DNA of 5,285 nucleotides from assembly GCA_018985225.1 (NCBI GenBank), contig JADGIF010000676.1, forward strand, positions 1 to 5,285. Direction: 5' to 3'. The notes beneath the pieces are model-generated. The model saw only the letters and a program-made list of their open reading frames with translations. It did not search any database and was not told where the DNA came from. A program made the translations under genes and the position numbers. This document shows positions 1-5,285 of this stretch, piece by piece; the first letter of the stretch is position 1; each line of letters opens with the position of its first letter. Source of the stretch: Amoeboradix gromovi X-113 (taxonomy: Eukaryota; Fungi; Sanchytriomycota).

Positions 1-114
1 CTAGTTTTATTTTAAAAAGAGGAATACAATTAATGAAAGCAAATTGGTATAATAGAAGAAGATCTTTTGTTAATGACAGCATATCCTCCGTATGGAGCAC
101 CTCCTATAAAAACG

Positions 115-145
115 AGTTAGTCTAGTTTTTATATTTGGTGTCCCA
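115..145 (-). repeat. Left copy of a 31-bp inverted repeat (minus strand reads TGGGACACCAAATATAAAAACTAGACTAACT)
   Basis: The reverse complement matches 5061-5091 at 30 of 31 positions (one C/T difference). Confidence 0.93.
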
Positions 146-175
146 TATAATCCTTGCCGCCATATTGGTCTCCAT

Positions 176-512
176 TTACTTTGAAGTTACTACTTTCAAT
201 ATTTTCAATAATTTGGCTGCCTCTAGATCCTTAGACAAAGTGCTGATCTGCCGTACAATAGCCTCTTTTTTTTCACTGGATGAGACTGTCGCATGTAAGG
301 CCATCACTCTTGAGCAAGATGTCGAAATATCAAATGACTCTTAATTTGTTCTAAACTTTAAGTAGATCTCTTTCCTGGTTTCTAGACACATCGCGTATAT
401 CTTTAGGAAGACTGTGTTCTGCATCTACTAGGGATTTCCTTAAATTTGAAATATTTAGGATGCGAAGATTTGTAGCAATTTGCAATAGATGATAAGAAAG
501 AACCTCGAGTTT
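176..512 (-). pseudogene. Broken or micro-intron-split reading frame of unknown function
   Basis: Two adjacent open stretches of 53 and 54 codons (512-354 and 340-179) in different frames, helical-looking (LRILNISNLRKSLVDAEHSLPKDIRDV...; KKEAIVRQISTLSKDLEAAKLLKILKVV). No clear start codon for the first stretch. Confidence 0.3.
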
Positions 513-664
513 TTACGCGTTTGGAAAAGTCTAGAAAGAGACCGCATTGTGATGTATAGCTCATATACTAATGATATATGGTTAATTCAACTAAGATCGA
601 GATTCCGTTGATGATTGTCAAAACTTGGCATATATTATCAAATCTATCTTGTGTGTAGCTTTGA

Positions 665-1228
665 GCTTCCAATCCAAAAATAGCAGCTAAAACACATGAG
701 TTTTTCGCTAAACATGATTTCACAAAATAAGTCAAATTGATACCAAAACTGGATGCTGGGTCAACAAGCCAGAGGATTAAGAACAATAAATTTATTTAGT
801 GCTATTTACTGCTTAATTTGGATGCTGCAGAGCTAAGTAATCAACACACGGTTCATAAAGGTAACGAAGATTATTGGTGGCGCTAAATTTATGCAACCTT
901 GCAAAGTACTTCCGATAGATGCTTTGATCGCTCACACTTGCGACTGCATGAAAAGAAAAAGCATCTGGCTATTTCACTACAAACGATGAACATCCAAAGA
1001 AAAAGAGACCAAGAACGCTCGAAACGAAATCTTGTCTGACAAGTTTTAGACTTTATAGTAGTCAAAGCCCCACCCAGCTCTAAAAAAGTCTATAAATACA
1101 ACAAACCGGATCTTCAAGGCATTGAATGCCTGCTAATCAATGGCGACAAACCCGGTTGCAGAAACAAAATTATAGCGGAACTATTTCGCCTAATATCTGA
1201 TTATGAAATACGAGGGATTTATACATAG
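665..1228 (+). pseudogene. Probable decayed coding sequence of unknown family
   Basis: One frame stays nearly open for about 187 codons with only four internal stops (TAA 728, TAG 797, TAA 884, TGA 1037) and ends at TAG 1226. It reads as protein-like, e.g. QVLDFIVVKAPPSSKKVYKYNKPDLQGIECLLINGDKPGCRNKIIAELFRLISDYEIRGIYT. I recognise no homolog. Confidence 0.35.
1091..1098 (+). promoter_or_regulatory. Candidate TATA box TATAAATA upstream of the GEF gene
   Basis: Matches TATAWAWR about 150-220 nt upstream of the candidate ATGs. Chance matches are common in AT-rich DNA. Confidence 0.2.
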
Positions 1229-1269
1229 TAATATTTCTGGTTTACAATGAGGTCCAAATTGTAAACTGC

Positions 1270-4225
1270 ATGACACTTTACAGACTCTTCAAAAATAAGC
1301 CACTTTTCAAAATGGACGAAATTTGTAAAATAGCAGGAAACTACTATTTGGCGGACACTCATTACGCGTTCAGACATAAACATGGCAGTGAGAATCAATT
1401 AATTAATGTCAAAACTAAAGACATATTACCTATAAATCAATATGGGTGTATTTTAGTCGAAACAGGTGAATATATTATTGATATTCCAAAAGAAGATGAG
1501 AAAAGAGGGTTATTAGGATTGTTCAAGGTGAGAAAAAGGTCTACTAGCCAAACTAACCCAGCTAGTCAAATCTCCTCTTTTTCTTCGGGTGGTAGCAATA
1601 GTGGAAGCTTGAACAATCTTCTAACTCCTAACCCTAACAATTCGGTCCGCAGAAGATCAGCAGGCGGTAAAAAAGAAGAAAAAGGCACCACCCGTTTAGC
1701 TGATTTGGAAGCGTTAATTGAATCCGATAACAGCAAATCTGGTGAACTCCTGCCTTTAAAAAGAAATAATTCAGCTCATTCTTCATTTATGAAAGAGTCT
1801 CTTACTCAGGAACTTGGACTTAACATTCCCACCAATTTATTTTCAAAAAGAATACTAAATGAACGAAAAGAAAAAGTTAATTCTAAGTTGATGATGAAAA
1901 TGCTGCATCCCCCTATTGCTCAAGGTCATGTTAAGTCGGCTCTAAATCCTATCGTTGTTCAGACTCTTGTTTCTTATTTTGTGGAATTAAAGGACTATGA
2001 GTTATGTCTGTACACCAATTTAACTCGGCAGAAACTGGTCAAAAAGCTGCAACTCACTAAAAATTCTCTTGCGGTGATAGAAACTAATCAGAAAGATGTC
2101 AACTCATTTGATTTGATGCTGGATGCTCAAATGATTACAATGACTGCGGACTGCCATGATGATATGATTAAATGGGCAGCGAGCATTAACACTGCAGCTA
2201 ACACACTGTTTCTAATATCTGTCTTAAACGATCAGCAAACTAGAGAAATGGTAAGGGACTTGTTGCAAAGCGGCGCTCGTGATAAAAAGTCATCAGATTA
2301 CGTTTCTGATATAGCGTGTATTATTAAAGAGCTCAAGTCTTATGACTACAACGGATTGGATATTAGGCATTATGAGGTTCCTGAGCTAAAGTCAGATGAA
2401 ATCCAGAAATTAATGTCTTTGTCTGATGTCTTACGCAAAGACTCGTTAGATGTACTACCTGATGATACTCCATCCACGGGAACATCAAGAAGAACTAGTG
2501 GTAAACCTGACATGTCAGTGCCTGTTACAGCAGCTACATTAACTAGGAGAAAGAGCAAACTTGTCCGAGGTGTTGATCCAATATCGGAGGGCATAAATAA
2601 CATTCCTACTACAGTGAACCCTCAGGCTTCTTCAAGTAGTCTAACAAAAGATCCTGTGCCACTGGTACCTCATGGTAATGAAAATGGAAAAGTTAGCGAC
2701 TCGACATTAACCGATCCTGAAAAGAATTCTAATTCACAATTAGAAGTCAACGGTAAATTTAGTTTGAATAGTGAAGATGCGTGGTTAACTTCCCCGGTAG
2801 AAGCATCCAATATTCAAGATGAAATTATAAAAATGACAGGAATGGAAGTAAAAAGAACTAATAGCGATATACAAGTTATCGTCGAGGGTGCGAACCCATC
2901 AGCAGTATCGATTAGATATGGTGTAGATGATAACAACAAAAGAAGTAGATACTCAATTATAGCAGCACACCTGGATAAATACGTAGAAAGATTAAGTGAT
3001 GAGTTTGGAACACCGGATGAGATATTTGCGGATTCATTTATATTAGGATGCAGACACTTTAGTACAGTGGCTAAGGGCCTGGAAAAGCTGATGAAAAGAT
3101 TCAACGCAGGACTACCAGCAGACGTTACAGAAGCTGATAAAATCTACTTTAAGAAGTGGAGAACCTCAATTAGATCTAAAATAATAAGTTTTCTAATGAG
3201 ATGGATCAGAGAATACGCATTTGATTTTAGAAATAATGAAAACAGAGATATATTGGAGCGATTTTTTATTATGTTTGAATTATGTGATTTTTCAGAAATC
3301 GAAGATGTGCTGCTAGAACAGCAGCTGCATGACAGCTTTTGCGAGATTGCTGCATTATTGAGATATCTTTTGCAGTTAAAATTGCAACCATTGCCACCAT
3401 CAAAACCGAAACCTGTAATTACTAAACGTAGAGAATTTAGCGATTTTGAAGCGGCAGAGATTGCACAGCAAATATGTATCATTGAGTTTGAAAAGTTCTC
3501 AAAAATTAGATCATACGAACTGTTGCTGCAATTATGGGGCGATTTAAAAGATCACTGCATTTCCGCTGAACTACTAAATTATGGCGAAATGATTCAACAA
3601 TTTAATCAGTTGAGTTATTGGGTAGCAACAGAAATAGCAACTCAGCCAGAAATTAAACCACGTATAAAATTGATTGAAAAATACATCAAAATAGCCAAAG
3701 AATTGGAAAAACTAAGAAATTACAACGGCTTGGTAGCCATCGTGTCTGGACTGAATTTGGCTGCGGTAAGTAGGCTTAAAGTGACATGGGAAGGTGTCAG
3801 TGAGAAAAGCAAGGAAGTATTACAGGAACTAGAAACTGTTTGTTCTCCACAAAGCAACTACAAGAATTACCGACAGATATTTGATAAAATAGATAGAGAT
3901 TATGATGATTCGCCATTTATTCCATTTTTAGGTTATTTAAGTTAACTTAGGATTGTTGGCTAAAGATTTATTTTTTATGAACGATGGAAATCCAAAGTTG
4001 ATAGACAATATGATAAACGTAGACAAGATAACATCAATGTTGAAGAAAGTTTTAAATATCCAAAAGTTTCAAAGAGTTAATTATCAATTTCCATATCTAG
4101 AAAACACATCCGCTGCATATGAGTTCTGTCAAAATCTGAGGGCGTTAAAAGAACCCCATATCTATAAATATTCACAGCTAATTACTGAAAGGGAAAAAAA
4201 AGAACAGCAGAATGGGCAGACATAA
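1270..4225 (+). CDS. Ras-family guanine nucleotide exchange factor (PH + REM + CDC25 homology domain); join(1270..3931,3951..4225), 978 aa if the 1270 ATG is used
   Basis: PH-like segment at about 1909-2199 (PPIAQGHVK...YFVELKDYELCLY...TMTADCHDDMIKWAASINTA). REM-like segment from about 2956 (IIAAHLDKYVERL...DSFILGCRHFST...FLMRWIREYAFDF). CDC25 domain from about 3436 (EIAQQICIIEFEKFSKI, FNQLSYWVATEI, LRNYNGLVAIVSGLNLAAVSRLKVTW, NYKNYR, PFIPFLG|LLAKDLFFMNDGNP, MINVDK). The ORFs 1270..3945 and 3953..4225 join in frame across a 19-nt intron. The start codon is uncertain (1247 with an intron, 1270, or 1312). Confidence 0.93.
3932..3950 (+). other. 19-nt spliceosomal intron GTTATTTAAGTTAACTTAG (phase 1, splits a Gly codon G|GA)
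   Basis: GT...TAG ends, a branch-point-like TTAAC 4 nt before the 3' end, an in-frame TAA at 3943-3945, and removal restores both the reading frame and the ungapped CDC25 consensus P-x-I-P-F-L-G-x-x-x-x-D-L-x-F-x-x-x-G-N. Confidence 0.88.
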
Positions 4226-4247
4226 CATAGTAAAATGATTATTTATT
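4226..4247. terminator. Bidirectional 3'-end zone with candidate poly(A) signals
   Basis: AGTAAA at 4229-4234 (+) lies just after the GEF stop. AATAAA at 4247-4242 (-) overlaps the RPL20 TAA stop. The intergenic gap is 17 nt. Confidence 0.45.
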
Positions 4248-4785
4248 GAAATGTATTTGGGCGGTAAGCAACAAAAGTGCTCTTGTATTTCTTCTCCTTT
4301 GCCTTTTCACCTGCCACGTTGTGGACAAGTGGAAATTTTAAATCCTCTTTGAGCAACATTGCAATATGTGGTCTTTTTACTTCTGAACTCTTCACAACCT
4401 GCACATTAATGATATGCACGGATGAGAAACGTGCTCTATGTCTAGCTGCCATATCATGATAGCAAGACTCAACTGCTTGTGATCTAGTTAATGATCTATA
4501 TTCCTTGTACATGTTATGGGTACCACTACGACTGTCATATCTGATCCAGATACCATAGGTCTTTGCTGTTCTTGGATTAGTGTCATGCAATTCATTTAAT
4601 GATACTACTTCTCCGTTGGCTCTTTTGACTCTCTTCATCTTTTTTAAGAAATACCAAAATCTTGATTTAGCTACAACATGATTTGGAGCAAATATTCTCA
4701 TTCTGTACAATGGAGGATTATCGTTGGCTCTTTTTGTTGAATTGGGTTTTAATCTTCCAACCACTTGAAATTCTTTTAATCCCAT
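4243..4785 (-). CDS. RPL20: 60S ribosomal protein eL20 (yeast L20 / metazoan L18a), 180 aa, no intron needed in the CDS
   Basis: Family motifs LYRMRIFAPNHVVAKSRFWYF, GIWIRYDSRSGTHNMYKEYR, DMAARHRAR, KFPL and RPNTF. The KEYR and MAARHRARF variants resemble fungal rather than animal sequences. Confidence 0.98.
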   Translation of the reverse strand: MGLKEFQVVGRLKPNSTKRANDNPPLYRMRIFAPNHVVAKSRFWYFLKKMKRVKRANGEVVSLNELHDTNPRTAKTYGIWIRYDSRSGTHNMYKEYRSLTRSQAVESCYHDMAARHRARFSSVHIINVQVVKSSEVKRPHIAMLLKEDLKFPLVHNVAGEKAKEKKYKSTFVAYRPNTFQ

Positions 4786-4823
4786 TTGATGTTATTCGTG
4801 ACGAACTATGTTGGACTTTTATT

Positions 4824-4830
4824 TCACGTG
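4824..4830. promoter_or_regulatory. E-box TCACGTG (Cbf1/bHLH-type site) about 40 nt upstream of the RPL20 ATG
   Basis: The motif is present in the sequence. Cbf1-type sites are known in ribosomal protein promoters of some fungi such as Candida albicans. Function here is inferred. Confidence 0.3.
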
Positions 4831-5060
4831 TTTAACTCCTTTGGGTAAGTTGTTTCATAATGCAAACGGGTTCAAGTCAGAGTATCTCAAGCAAAGTGTT
4901 CACTGTCTCCTTAATTCCCTAACGGTGGTTTGTGAGATGTACTTTGTTTACTTAAATGGAAAAAATCCATAATGCTCAATTGTTAATTGTTTAGAAGTCT
5001 TTGTCATTTGTTTCTTAAAAAACATGGCCATTTATGTGTAATTGAGCACAATGATACAAG

Positions 5061-5091
5061 TGGGACATCAAATATAAAAACTAGACTAACT
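5061..5091 (+). repeat. Right copy of the 31-bp inverted repeat (TGGGACATCAAATATAAAAACTAGACTAACT)
   Basis: Direct comparison with the reverse complement of 115-145 gives 30/31 identity. Confidence 0.93.
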
Positions 5092-5285
5092 TTCTGTAAC
5101 AACTTGGAACATTATTTCAGCTTTATTACTTTATGGATTTAAGAGGCGAGTGGACATTCAGCTAGTTGCGGAGTTGACGAGTATGAAAGGAGAATAAATA
5201 ACTTTTTGTATCGAATTTCAAAAATAAATATTCTGTAAAGCTATTCTCTTACTCTTTTATCCAATCTTTATTTCAAATAAAATAT

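Noticed and set aside
60-115. Minus-strand peptide LVFIGGAPYGGYAVI resembling the Vps16 N-terminal APYGG motif
   Set aside because: The frame is bounded by stops and the similarity does not extend.
1-145. CRISPR-like, telomeric or Helitron reading (CTAGTTTT at 1 and 122; hairpin CTCC-GTAT-GGAG at 86-97)
   Set aside because: Only about 8 nt are shared with position 1, there is no tandem array, and the conserved 31-mer continues on both sides of CTAG, so CTAG is not an element end.
135-786. ORFs 135..344 (+) and 568..786 (-)
   Set aside because: Both use non-ATG starts in a eukaryote, and each is largely antisense to a more protein-like broken frame on the other strand.
2753-2771. 19-nt GTAAATTTAGTTTGAATAG resembling the real micro-intron
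   Set aside because: The frame is open through it, removal causes a stop within about five codons before REM-CDC25, and it lacks a TAAC motif. It is a useful negative control for splicing specificity.
2370-3482. Minus-strand ORFs 2370..2603, 2814..3104 and 3144..3482
   Set aside because: Antisense shadows of the GEF coding sequence with no recognisable motifs.
3953-4225. 90-aa ORF as a separate gene
   Set aside because: It begins at TTG in the middle of the CDC25 motif and is exon 2 of the GEF.
4298-4318. Possible in-frame micro-intron explaining extra residues near the RPL20 C-terminus
   Set aside because: The GT-AG candidates are purine-rich with no branch motif. A Lys-rich insertion in a variable tail is the simpler explanation.
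4277-4459. 60-aa plus-strand ORF
   Set aside because: Antisense shadow of RPL20.
1270-4785. Alternative genetic code (TAA/TAG read as Gln) or stop readthrough at 3943
   Set aside because: Over 1100 codons of clear genes contain no in-frame TAR, both genes end in TAA, and the break at 3943 needs a frame change, not readthrough.

Overview
AT-rich (roughly 35% GC by eye), very compact eukaryotic DNA read with the standard genetic code. The ribosomal protein looks fungal, so I infer an early-diverging fungus or relative with a reduced genome. The window holds two convergent genes whose stop codons are only 17 nt apart. The first is a + strand PH-REM-CDC25 Ras-family GEF (about 1270-4225). The ORF track splits it in two because of a 19-nt GT-AG intron (3932-3950), whose removal exactly restores the CDC25 motif PFIPFLGLLAKDLFFMNDGN. 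The second is an intronless - strand 60S ribosomal protein eL20 (RPL20/L18a, 4243-4785). The gene pair is bracketed by a 31-bp inverted repeat with 30/31 identity (115-145 and 5061-5091) that contains TATAAAAA and CTAAC and has no obvious explanation. The first 1.2 kb contains stop-depleted, broken reading frames on both strands, either decayed genes or genes split by further micro-introns.
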